DNA from: Candidatus Poriferisocius sp.
Lineage (GTDB): Bacteria > Actinomycetota > Acidimicrobiia > Acidimicrobiales > Bin134
NCBI RefSeq assembly: GCF_965202595.1
Contig: NZ_OZ241836.1
Location: forward strand, 1,104,357-1,168,356
Reading direction: 5' to 3'
DNA: 64,000 nt
This document shows, piece after piece, positions 17,994 through 26,821 of this stretch; position 1 is the stretch's first letter; each line of letters starts with the position of its first letter. The notes beneath the pieces were generated by a model, which was not told the origin of the DNA, ran no database searches, and saw only the letters and a program-made list of their open reading frames with translations. Position numbers and translations under genes: made by a program.

Positions 17994-20401
17994 TGGCCTC
18001 TGCTACTGCCTTCGATCCGCAAGCAGGACCGGACCCTGTTCTGGGACTCACCAGCGCCCAGGTGGCGGAGCGGGTTGCTGGTGGGCGCACCAACAAGGTG
18101 CCGGACGCCCCGGTGCGCACGCTGCCTCAGATCTTGCGGGCCAACGTGTTCTCCCCCGTGAACGGCATAATGCTGGTGCTGTTCGCGGCCATTCTGGTGG
18201 CTGGTTTCCCCCGTGACGGGCTGTTCGTAGGGGTGGTGATATCCAACGCCATCATCGGAGTGGCCCAGGAGATTCGGGCGAAACGAGAGCTGGACCGCCT
18301 CGCGGTGCTCAGCGCCCCCAAGGCTCGGGTGGTACGCGACGGGGACATCCACGAGGTTGGGGTTAGCGAGGTGGTGGCCGAGGAGGTCCTGGAGTTGACC
18401 CCCGGGGACCAGGTGGTGGTGGACGGGGTCGTTCTTGCTTCCACGGGCTTGGAGGCCGACGAGTCATTGCTCACCGGTGAGGCCGATCCCATCGGCAAGG
18501 ATGTTGGTGATGAGCTGCTGTCGGGCAGCTTTGTGGCCGCCGGCCACGGGCGGTACCGGGCCACCCGCATAGGGGCCGAGTCCTATGCCAGCTCGCTGTC
18601 GGAGGAGGCCAAGCGTTTCTCACTGGTCAACAGCGAGCTGCGCCGGGGCATCGACACCGTGCTGTGCTGGCTCATAGTCATCATCCCCCCGGCCTCGGCA
18701 CTGCTGATCCTGGTACTGCTCGACACCGAGGACCGTTGGCAGAACGCCCTTCAGGGTACGGTGGCTGCCGCCGTGGCCATGGTGCCCGACGGTCTGGTGC
18801 TGCTCACCAGCCTCTCGTTCGTCGCCGGAGTGGTGGCTCTGGCCCGCCGGCGGGCGCTGGCCAAGGAGCTGGCCACCGTGGAGTTGCTGGCCCGCATCGA
18901 CATGCTGTGCCTCGACAAGACCGGCACCATCACCACCGGCCACATCAGCCTCAGCGGGGTGGAAACCCTGCCCGGCGTGGATCCGGCCGTGGTCGCCACC
19001 GCACTCGGAGCCATGGCCCATGCCGATGAGGCTCCCAACGCCACCATGCTGGCGGTTCGCGATGCTTACCCCACCCCCGATGGCGGTGGCTGGGCACCGG
19101 TGGGAACCACGCCTTTTTCCAGTTTCCGCAAGTGGTCGGCCGTTGAGTTCCGTCACAACGGTGCCTTCTACTTCGGTGCTCCCGACGTTATCGCCGGTGA
19201 CCATCCCGAGGTTATGGACCGGGTGGTTGGACACGCCGAAACGGGACGGCGCACACTTCTGCTGGCTCACGATTCCGAGCCACTCACCGGCGATGCCCTG
19301 CCCGAGAACCGGACACCTCTGGCTTTGATCCTGCTGGAGGACACCATCCGTCCCGACGCTCCCGAGATTCTGGATTTCTTCCGCGAGCAGGGGGTGAATC
19401 TCAAGGTGATCTCCGGTGACCACACCGCCACGGTGGCCGCCGTGGCCCGAAGAGCCGGCATTCCCGACTCCCACGCCTGCTTCGATGCCCGGGATCTGCC
19501 CGAGGACATCGACGAGATGGCCGGCGTGCTGGCCGGCAACACGGTTTTCGGTCGGGTCACCCCCCGCCAGAAGCAAGCCATGGTCAGGGCACTCCAGTCG
19601 AAGGGTCACACCGTGGCCATGACCGGTGACGGGGTCAACGATGTGCTGGCTCTGAAGAACGCCGACATGGGTATCTCCATGGGCAGCGGATCGGCTTCCA
19701 CCCGGGCGGTGGCCCAACTGGTGTTGCTCGACAATTCGTTCGCCACCCTGCCCGAGGTGTTGGCCCAGGGACGCAAGGTGATCAACAACGTGGAGCGGGT
19801 GGCCAACCTGTTCGTGACCAAGGCTTCCTATGCCGTGCTGCTCACGGTGCTGGTGGGGATGTTCACGGTGGAGTACCCGTTCCTGCCCCGCCACCTCACC
19901 CTGGTGGGCACGTTCTCCATCGGCGTGCCCGGCCTGTTCTTGGCCCTGGCCCCCAGCACCGAGCTGATCCGCCCCGGCTTCTTGGTCCGGGTGTTGCGGT
20001 TTTCCCTGCCGGCCGGCGGCCTGGCCGCATTCGCGTCCTTCACCGTCTATGAGATCGCCCGCCGCCACGATGAGGTCACCCTGGGTGAAGCCCGCACCGT
20101 GGCAACGTTCACCCTGCTTGGGGTGGGGCTGGTGATCCTGGTGGTGATCAGCCGCCCGCTGCAACCGTGGAAGATCGGGTTGGCCGTGGCCATGGCCGGG
20201 GCATACATGGTGGTGATGGGGTGGCCGTGGATGAGGGAGTATTTCGCGCTGCACCCTCCCCCGCTCTGGATGTGGGGACCGACCATGGCCGCGGTGGCCA
20301 TTGCCGGTGCCGGTGTGGTCACCATTCCCCGGGCCTTGAGGAGATACCAGGATCGGTTGCCGGGGCCCGGAAGAAGTAGTCGGGGTTACCAGGGGCGTTA
20401 A
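17993..20401 (+). CDS. cation-translocating P-type ATPase (HAD-IC superfamily)
   Basis: Contains the DKTGTIT phosphorylation motif, TGDGVNDVLALKNADMGISMG, TGEADP, and multiple TM segments. Confidence 0.9.
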   Translation: MASATAFDPQAGPDPVLGLTSAQVAERVAGGRTNKVPDAPVRTLPQILRANVFSPVNGIMLVLFAAILVAGFPRDGLFVGVVISNAIIGVAQEIRAKRELDRLAVLSAPKARVVRDGDIHEVGVSEVVAEEVLELTPGDQVVVDGVVLASTGLEADESLLTGEADPIGKDVGDELLSGSFVAAGHGRYRATRIGAESYASSLSEEAKRFSLVNSELRRGIDTVLCWLIVIIPPASALLILVLLDTEDRWQNALQGTVAAAVAMVPDGLVLLTSLSFVAGVVALARRRALAKELATVELLARIDMLCLDKTGTITTGHISLSGVETLPGVDPAVVATALGAMAHADEAPNATMLAVRDAYPTPDGGGWAPVGTTPFSSFRKWSAVEFRHNGAFYFGAPDVIAGDHPEVMDRVVGHAETGRRTLLLAHDSEPLTGDALPENRTPLALILLEDTIRPDAPEILDFFREQGVNLKVISGDHTATVAAVARRAGIPDSHACFDARDLPEDIDEMAGVLAGNTVFGRVTPRQKQAMVRALQSKGHTVAMTGDGVNDVLALKNADMGISMGSGSASTRAVAQLVLLDNSFATLPEVLAQGRKVINNVERVANLFVTKASYAVLLTVLVGMFTVEYPFLPRHLTLVGTFSIGVPGLFLALAPSTELIRPGFLVRVLRFSLPAGGLAAFASFTVYEIARRHDEVTLGEARTVATFTLLGVGLVILVVISRPLQPWKIGLAVAMAGAYMVVMGWPWMREYFALHPPPLWMWGPTMAAVAIAGAGVVTIPRALRRYQDRLPGPGRSSRGYQGR

Positions 20402-20471
20402 AATTGTGGCTGCGGACGAAAAGGGGCGGGTGGTTTACCGGAAGAAGTAGTCGGGGTTACCAGGGGCGTTA
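20367..20471 (+). repeat. 71-bp duplication (about 1.5 copies) of the ATPase 3' terminus
   Basis: CCGGAAGAAGTAGTCGGGGTTACCAGGGGCGTTA occurs at 20367-20400 and 20438-20471. The real stop is TAA; the copy has TAG at the same position. Confidence 0.9.
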
Positions 20472-20481
20472 GGGTCGGATC

Positions 20482-21453
20482 ATGCGTATCGGCATTTACC
20501 TGGATCTGCGGAATCCGCCGGAGTGGCGAAGGCCCTGGCCGGAGTTCTACCGGCAATCGCTGGAGCTGGTCGTCCAGGCCGAGGAGTGGGGTGCCGATTC
20601 GGTGTGGCTCAGCGAGCATCACTTCTTTGAGGACGGCTACCTGCCCCAACCGCTCACCTTTGCCGCGGCGGTGGCGGCCCGGACCCAGCGCATCCGGATC
20701 GGCACCGCGGTGCTGCTGGCCCCGCTGCGCTCGGCCCTCCGGATTGCCGAAGAAGCCGTCGTGGTGGATCAGATCAGCTCCGGCCGGCTGGATCTGGGGT
20801 TGGGCGCAGGATACGTGCACGACGAGTTCGCCGCCTACGGGGCCGACCTGTCCAAGCGCTACACCACTACCGACCAGCGGGTACGAGAGGTGAGGGAGCT
20901 ACTTGAGGATGGTGCAGTCACCCCGCCCCCGGTGCAACGCCCGCTTCCCATCTGGCTGGGTTACAACGGTCCCCAGGGGGCCCGCCGGGCCGGAAGGCTG
21001 GGCTGCGGTTTGCTGTCCATCAACCCGGCATCGCTCGAACCCTACTTGGAGGGTCTGGGCGATGCCGGCCACCACTCGACCGCTGCCCGCATGGCCGGAG
21101 TGGTCAACATGGTGGTGGCCGATGACCCCGATGAGGCTTACGAGCGCATCCTTCCCCACCTGGCTTGGCAGCTCAACACCTACCGGGCGGCGGGGGCCTC
21201 GGGAACCGGCGGGACCCCCAGCCCGCTCACGGTGGAGAAGTTGCGGGAGCGACGCAGCACCATGGGGGTTATCTCCCCGCTGGAGGTTCTGACCCCCGAC
21301 GGTGCCATCGAGCACCTACGCCGCTTGTCCGGGGGCATTCCGATGGTGGAGGCCTACTGCTGGGCCACCATCGCAGGCATGCCCGACGAGCTGGCCCACC
21401 GCCACGTCGAATTATTGTGCACGGTTGTGCGAGAAGGGGTGCTCGATCTGTGA
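20482..21453 (+). CDS. LLM-class (luciferase-like) flavin/F420-dependent oxidoreductase
   Basis: MRIGIYLDL..., WLSEHHF, and RIRIGTAVLLAPLR...GRLDLGLGAGY are typical of the LLM family. Confidence 0.8.
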   Translation: MRIGIYLDLRNPPEWRRPWPEFYRQSLELVVQAEEWGADSVWLSEHHFFEDGYLPQPLTFAAAVAARTQRIRIGTAVLLAPLRSALRIAEEAVVVDQISSGRLDLGLGAGYVHDEFAAYGADLSKRYTTTDQRVREVRELLEDGAVTPPPVQRPLPIWLGYNGPQGARRAGRLGCGLLSINPASLEPYLEGLGDAGHHSTAARMAGVVNMVVADDPDEAYERILPHLAWQLNTYRAAGASGTGGTPSPLTVEKLRERRSTMGVISPLEVLTPDGAIEHLRRLSGGIPMVEAYCWATIAGMPDELAHRHVELLCTVVREGVLDL

Positions 21454-21522
21454 AGGCTGCCCTTGGCCGGGGTAGCCGCTAGCTGGGTGAGGCTGCCTTT
21501 GGTTGGGTCAGGCGCTAGCCGA
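21451..21522. repeat. 36-bp x2 diverged duplication of a convergent stop/stop junction
   Basis: TGAAGGCTGCCCTTGGCCGGGGTAGCCGCTAGC versus GTGAGGCTGCCTTTGGTTGGGTCAGGCGCTAGC. The copies carry the LLM TGA and the peroxiredoxin TAG respectively. Confidence 0.7.
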
Positions 21523-21985
21523 GTTTTGCGACATCGTTCAGTATGTCGGCGGCGTGCTGGGCCAGGTCTTGGCTAGCCAGGTCGTAAGCCCTGGCCACTT
21601 TGCCGTCGGGGGCGATGAGGTAGCTGATGCGCCGGGGCAGGCCGTACTCGTAATACTCCTCGCCCTCGACCCGCTCGGCGTGATAGGCCCGCCCCACCGT
21701 TCGGTCGGAGTCGGAGATCAGCTTGAACGGGAAGCCCTCCCGGCCGGCGAATGCCTTCTGCTCGTCCACGGTGTCGAACGAGGCTCCCACTACCACGACG
21801 TTGGCGGCATCGAACTCCGGGGCTCGGTCACGGAACCCCTGTCCCTGGATGGTTCAACCGGGGGTGGATGCCTTCGGGTACCACCATAACGCCACCCACT
21901 TGCCCCGCAGATCCGAAAGCGACAGATCCTGACCGTCCTGGTCCGGCGCGGTGAACTCCGGCGCCATCGTTCCTACTTGTAACAT
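21515..21985 (-). CDS. Bcp-type peroxiredoxin with selenocysteine (TGA at 21854-21856) in place of the peroxidatic Cys
   Basis: My translation is MLQVGTMAPEFTAPDQDGQDLSLSDLRGKWVALWWYPKASTPG-TGA-TIQGQGFRDRAPEFDAANVVVVGASFDTVDEQKAF..., joined in frame to track ORF 21515..21796. The canonical motif is PK..TPGCT. Confidence 0.85.
21819..21839 (-). other. candidate SECIS hairpin 14 nt downstream of the peroxiredoxin UGA
   Basis: On the minus strand, GGGGTTC-CGTGACC-GAGCCCC forms a 7-bp stem (one G-U pair) with a 7-nt loop containing GU. Confidence 0.4.
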
Positions 21986-22071
21986 GGCTATGTATTCTAC
22001 CTTGACAGCCAGCTAAGCGCTTGCTTGTAACATGGCTATGTATTCTACCTTGACAGCCAGCTAAGCGCTTG
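21976..22071 (-). repeat. perfect 48-bp x2 duplication spanning the ALDH stop and the peroxiredoxin start
   Basis: CTTGTAACATGGCTATGTATTCTACCTTGACAGCCAGCTAAGCGCTTG is identical at 21976-22023 and 22024-22071. Each copy holds both the CTA stop and the CAT start. Confidence 0.95.
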
Positions 22072-23535
22072 CATCTCGCTGTAAGCGTGAAGGCCGTAGA
22101 CACCGCGGTCGCGACCGATGCCGCTCATCTTGAAGCCGCCGAAGGGGGCGTGGGTGTGGGGGGCCAGCGAGTTGAGCCCCACGTTGCCCGATTCGATGCG
22201 CCGGCCGATCTCGAAGGCCCGGGCAGTGTCGCCGGCAAACACGTAACTGAACAAGCCGTAGTCGCTGCTGTTGGCCAGCTCCACGGCGTGGTCGTCACCG
22301 TCGTGGGCCAGCACGACCACCACCGGCCCGAATATTTCCTCCCGCACCACTCGCATGCCGGGGGTGCAGTCCACCAGCAGCGTGGGGGCCACGAAGCAAC
22401 CGGGCCGGTCGGGGCGCTCACCACCGGCCAGCACCGTGGCTCCTTCGGCTCGACCGCCGGCGATGTACCCCTCCACCCGGTCGCGGTGAGCTTCGGTGAT
22501 GACCGGGCCCACCACCGTCCCCCGATCCCGGGCATCACCCACCTTCAGCATCCCGGCCACCGCGGTCAGCTTGTCAACCAGCTCGTCGTGGCGCGAGCGG
22601 TGGACGATCACCCGGGTGGGCGCGGTGCAGATCTGGCCGCTGTGGAATCCCCACACGGTAGCGATGGCCCCGATCGCGGCATCCACGTCGCAATCCTCGG
22701 TGAGAACGCAGGCCCCCTTGCCCCCCAGTTCCATGAGCAGCCGCTTCATGGTGGCCGCCCCGGCCTCCATGATCTTGACCCCTACCGCGGACGAACCGGT
22801 GAAGCTCACCATGTCCACGTCACGGGACTCCACCAGAGCGGCCCCGGTGCCGGCTCCCGGCCCGGTCACGATGTTTATCACCCCTGGCGGGAAGCCGGCC
22901 TCCTCGATAATTCCCACCGCTTTGATCATGGCCAGAGGATCCTGGGGCGCGGGCTTGATGACCACGGTGTTGCCCATGGCCAGAGCGGGGGCGACCTTGC
23001 CGGCCACGTTGACCAGCGGGAAGTTGTACGAGGTTATGCAGGCCACCACTCCTACCGGCTGGCGGATCACGTGGGCCCCGGCCAATCCGCCCGGTCCCAG
23101 CGGGTTGGCCTCCACCGGGTAGGGGGCCAGGGTCTCGTCCAGGTTCACCGGGGTTTGGTACTGGCGGAACCGCTCACCGCACGACGGCAACTGCATGCTC
23201 TCGGTCACGTTTACGGTGGCACCGGTCTCCCCCTGCACCAGACCGGCCAGGCTCCCGATCCGTTCATCCAGCAGGTCGGCGGCCCGGCCCAGCAGGGCGC
23301 ACCGGTCGGCCATCGGCATCGCCCGCCAACCCGGCAGGGCTGCTCGGGCCGCCGCGGCCGCGTCGGCCACCTGCGAGGCAGACGCTTCGGGAGCGTGACC
23401 GATCACTCCGGTGGTGTTGGGGTCCACGATCGGGTAGGTGCCCGCATCCGGGGTCACCCACTCACCCCCGATGAGCAGGCGGTACTCCTCACCGATGTCA
23501 ACCGGTGCCGGCTCGGCTGATTCCATGGGTGTCAC
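22045..23535 (-). CDS. NAD(P)+-dependent aldehyde dehydrogenase
   Basis: ELGGKG, catalytic GQICTAPTR and FTGSSAVG motifs, in a 496-aa protein. Confidence 0.9.
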   Translation of the reverse strand: MTPMESAEPAPVDIGEEYRLLIGGEWVTPDAGTYPIVDPNTTGVIGHAPEASASQVADAAAAARAALPGWRAMPMADRCALLGRAADLLDERIGSLAGLVQGETGATVNVTESMQLPSCGERFRQYQTPVNLDETLAPYPVEANPLGPGGLAGAHVIRQPVGVVACITSYNFPLVNVAGKVAPALAMGNTVVIKPAPQDPLAMIKAVGIIEEAGFPPGVINIVTGPGAGTGAALVESRDVDMVSFTGSSAVGVKIMEAGAATMKRLLMELGGKGACVLTEDCDVDAAIGAIATVWGFHSGQICTAPTRVIVHRSRHDELVDKLTAVAGMLKVGDARDRGTVVGPVITEAHRDRVEGYIAGGRAEGATVLAGGERPDRPGCFVAPTLLVDCTPGMRVVREEIFGPVVVVLAHDGDDHAVELANSSDYGLFSYVFAGDTARAFEIGRRIESGNVGLNSLAPHTHAPFGGFKMSGIGRDRGVYGLHAYSEMQALSWLSR

Positions 23536-23569
23536 CCCTTTCCTGCGAACCGCCGATTCACCGAGAACC

Positions 23570-23685
23570 CTTCGGCCCGGGGACTCTTCGGGTTACGCGG
23601 CGATACCAGAAATCCCAGAAGTGCAAATGCCAACACTGGACCTTCGGGCCGGGAAGTCTTATGGCTACGCGGCGATGCCGAACCT
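23570..23685 (-). repeat. about 72-bp diverged duplication of the amidohydrolase 3' terminus
   Basis: CTTCGG.CCGGG.A.TCTT..GG.TACGCGGCGAT.CC occurs twice. The real end reads GIAA-TAG and the copy reads GIAA-TAA. Confidence 0.7.
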
Positions 23686-24918
23686 GTCCAGCTCGTACAG
23701 ATGGATGGCGTTGCCCCGGAGCAGCTTGTAGATCTCCTCGTCATTGAGCCCGGCCTCGGTGACGATCCTGGTTGCCACCTCCTTGGTGTGGGGGAAAGTG
23801 GAGTCGGCGTGGGGGTAGTCCACCTCGAAGGTGATTTGATCCATGCCGATCAGGTCCCGGTTGCGCAGCCCCACCGCATCGTCGAACATGCAGCCCCACA
23901 CGTGGCCGGCGATGTAGGAGGATGGTGGGTTGGGCAGGTTCACCCCGAATTCGCCGTTGTCGTCATTGATCCGCTCCTCCCACAACTTGTCCATGCGCTC
24001 GATCACGTAGGGCATCCATCCCACCTGGCCCTCGCTGTAAGCCACCCGCAGGCGGGGGTAACGCTCGAACACTCCCGACAGGATGTAGTCGCACATCGAT
24101 CCCATGGCGTTGCTGAAGGTGATGGTGGAGCTGACTGCGAACGGCGCGTCCGGCGAAGTGGTGGGCATCTTGGATGATGACCCGATATGCATGTTCACCA
24201 CCGTCCCGGTTTCCTCGCAGGCGGCGAAGAACGGCTCCCAGAACCGGCTCGGATGGTGGATGGAGGGCAGTCCCAAGTGGAATGGGTTTTCCGAGAAAGC
24301 CACCGAGAAGCTGCCCTTGGCGGCGCACCGGCGGATCTCCTCGGCAGCCAGGTGGGCATCCCACAGCGGGATGATGGTCAGGGGGATCAGCCGACCCCTG
24401 CCGTCACCGGCACACCACTCGTCGATCATCCAATCGTTGTAGGCCTTGACGCACAGGAGGGCCAGCTCCTTGTCCTCACGCTCGTGGAATGTCTGCCCGC
24501 AGAACCGGGGTAGCACGTTGGGGAAGCAGATGGATGCATCCACATGGTTGGCGTCCATGTCCGCCAGGCGTTCCTTCTGCTTCCAGCACCCGGGCAGGAT
24601 CTCGTCGAAGGTCACCGGCGTGTTGGTGAGGGGTTCGAACCCGATGGCGGCCGAGAGTTTGGGGAACGGGTACACCAGATCGTCGTAGAGCCACCAGTCG
24701 CCCCACGTTCCGTCGGGGGCTCCCTTCTCGTAGCTGAACACACCACCCTCGAAGTGGAACTTGGCCTTGTCCCGCTCCACTCGGGGGCAACGGTCGTGGT
24801 ACTTGCGGGGAAGGCGCTCGGTCCACAGGTCGGGTGGTTCCACCACATGGTCATCCACGGAGATGATGCGAGGGATGTCGTGGTCGTCCACGGAGATGAT
24901 GCGAGGGATGTCTGCCAT
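23665..24918 (-). CDS. amidohydrolase-2 family metal-dependent hydrolase
   Basis: IISVDDHVVEPPDLW..., ...FEVDYPHADSTFP, in a 417-aa protein. The N-terminus carries a 33-bp in-frame duplication. Confidence 0.8.
   Translation of the reverse strand: MADIPRIISVDDHDIPRIISVDDHVVEPPDLWTERLPRKYHDRCPRVERDKAKFHFEGGVFSYEKGAPDGTWGDWWLYDDLVYPFPKLSAAIGFEPLTNTPVTFDEILPGCWKQKERLADMDANHVDASICFPNVLPRFCGQTFHEREDKELALLCVKAYNDWMIDEWCAGDGRGRLIPLTIIPLWDAHLAAEEIRRCAAKGSFSVAFSENPFHLGLPSIHHPSRFWEPFFAACEETGTVVNMHIGSSSKMPTTSPDAPFAVSSTITFSNAMGSMCDYILSGVFERYPRLRVAYSEGQVGWMPYVIERMDKLWEERINDDNGEFGVNLPNPPSSYIAGHVWGCMFDDAVGLRNRDLIGMDQITFEVDYPHADSTFPHTKEVATRIVTEAGLNDEEIYKLLRGNAIHLYELDRFGIAA
24850..24915 (-). repeat. 33-bp x2 in-frame duplication in the amidohydrolase 5' coding region
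   Basis: It encodes DIPRIISVDDH twice, immediately after the ATG at 24918. Confidence 0.9.
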
Positions 24919-25018
24919 GGCCACCCAGCTTACCGGCAATAGGGACAATTGGTAATGGGGCCAAAGGGTCAGCGCGTGGCCTAGATTGTTGGGGGGATAC
25001 CAGCAAGGGGGAAGAACC

Positions 25019-26737
25019 ATGTTCGATACCATCATCAAGGGCGGGGAGGTGGTCGATGGAACCGGCGGTTCTCGCTACCGGGCCGATGTCGGTCTGCGGG
25101 ACGGCCGCATTGCTTCCATCGGCGATCTGAGCGAGGCCCGAGCGGCCGGGGTGGTGGATGCCACCGCAAAGGTGGTGTGCCCCGGATTCGTGGATGTCCA
25201 CACCCACCTCGATGCCCAGGTGTTCTGGGACTCCACGCTCAGCCCATCCCCCCTGCACGGGGTCACCAGCGTGATCGGGGGCAACTGCGGGTTCACCATA
25301 GCCCCACTCACCGACGACCCTGCCGACGGCGAATACCTGATGCACATGCTGGCCCGGGTGGAGGGCATGCCCCTGGAGTCGCTCCGGGCCGGAGTGCCGT
25401 GGAACTGGCGCACCACCGCGGAGTACTTCGACGCTTTCGACGGCACCCTCTCCATCAACACCGCCTTCAAGGTGGGCCACTCCGCGCTGCGCCGGGTGGT
25501 CATGGGCCCGGACTGCGTCAAGCGGGAGGCCACCCCCGAGGAGTTGGCCCGGATGCAGGATCTGCTCAGGGCCGGGTTGGAGGCCGGTGCGGTGGGGTTC
25601 TCCTCCTCTTGGGCCCGAACCCACAACGATCCCTTCGGCAACATGGTGCCCAGCCGCTATGCCAGCCGTCACGAGCTGGTGGAGCTGGCCCGGGTGTGCT
25701 CGGAGTTCGAGGGCACCTCGCTGGAGCTGATCCCCTGTGTCGGCCCGTTCGACGACGATGCCGTTTCGCTGATGACCGAAATGTCGGTGGCGGCCCGGAC
25801 CCAACTCAACTGGAACGTGATGACGGTGGCCGCCGGCAACCTGGACGAGTGCTACGCCAAGCTGGAGGCCAGTGATCACGCCCGGACCCACGGTGGCAAG
25901 GTGGTCGCCCTTACCGTGCCGATGGCCTTCTCGGTGCGCCTCAGCATGGCCGGTGGTTTCGTGCTCGATGCCCTGCCCGAGTGGGAGAGCGCCATGCTCG
26001 CTCCCCCCGCCGAGAAGATGGCGCTTTTGGCCGACCAGGCCGAGCGTGACCGGCTGGCCGAGCTGGCGGCCCGGCCCGGCCCCCTTCAGGGTTTGGCCGA
26101 CTGGTCCACCAAGGTCATCTTCGACACCTTTGCCCCCGAGAACCAGCAGTACCGGGGGCAAACGGTGGGCCAGATCGCCGAGGCCGAGGGCAAGAAGCCG
26201 TTCGATGTCCTGTGCGACATTGTGGTGGCCGATGAGTTGAAGACCTCCTTCGGCACCCCACCGCCGGTTTCCTCCGATGAGGATTGGAAGGCCCGCATCG
26301 AGGTCTGGCGGGACGGCCGGGCGGTTATCGGCGCCTCCGATGCCGGTGCCCACCTGGATCTGTTCATGACCGCCAACTACACCACTTCCATGCTGGGCCA
26401 GTGCATGCGGGAGCGGGGCCTCATCTCGATCGAGGAGGCCGTGCACCTGATGACCGATGTGCAGGCCCGCCTCTACGGGTTGCGGGAGCGGGGTCGTCTC
26501 CAGGAGGGCTGGCACGGCGACGTGGTGGTGCTGGATGAGAGCTGTGTGGGCGCCCGGCCCCTCACCACCGTGGCCGACCTGCCCACCGGTGCCCCCCGCC
26601 TCTATGGGGAGGCCGACGGCATTGACCACGTGTTCTGCAACGGGGTTGAGATCGTCCGGGACGGGCAGTTCACCGATGCCCGCCCCGGCCGGCATCTCCG
26701 CAGCGGGAGCGACACCGAGCGCGTCGATCTGAGCTAG
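25019..26737 (+). CDS. N-acyl-D-amino-acid deacylase (D-aminoacylase) family amidohydrolase
   Basis: MFDTIIKGGEVVDGTG...DVGLRDGRIASIG...CPGFVDVHTHLD is characteristic of D-aminoacylases. Confidence 0.8.
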   Translation: MFDTIIKGGEVVDGTGGSRYRADVGLRDGRIASIGDLSEARAAGVVDATAKVVCPGFVDVHTHLDAQVFWDSTLSPSPLHGVTSVIGGNCGFTIAPLTDDPADGEYLMHMLARVEGMPLESLRAGVPWNWRTTAEYFDAFDGTLSINTAFKVGHSALRRVVMGPDCVKREATPEELARMQDLLRAGLEAGAVGFSSSWARTHNDPFGNMVPSRYASRHELVELARVCSEFEGTSLELIPCVGPFDDDAVSLMTEMSVAARTQLNWNVMTVAAGNLDECYAKLEASDHARTHGGKVVALTVPMAFSVRLSMAGGFVLDALPEWESAMLAPPAEKMALLADQAERDRLAELAARPGPLQGLADWSTKVIFDTFAPENQQYRGQTVGQIAEAEGKKPFDVLCDIVVADELKTSFGTPPPVSSDEDWKARIEVWRDGRAVIGASDAGAHLDLFMTANYTTSMLGQCMRERGLISIEEAVHLMTDVQARLYGLRERGRLQEGWHGDVVVLDESCVGARPLTTVADLPTGAPRLYGEADGIDHVFCNGVEIVRDGQFTDARPGRHLRSGSDTERVDLS

Positions 26738-26782
26738 GCAATCTACCCTGGAGGGGATCCGTCCCCCGGGGGACCAGTTTCA

Positions 26783-26810
26783 GCCAATCCATAAACGCCA
26801 ATCCATAAAC
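26783..26810 (+). repeat. 14-bp x2 tandem repeat just upstream of the thiolase RBS
   Basis: GCCAATCCATAAAC occurs twice, followed by AAGGAG and the ATG at 26822. The palindrome GTCCCCCGGGGGAC lies nearby at about 26761-26774. Confidence 0.85.
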
Positions 26811-26821
26811 AAGGAGCCACC

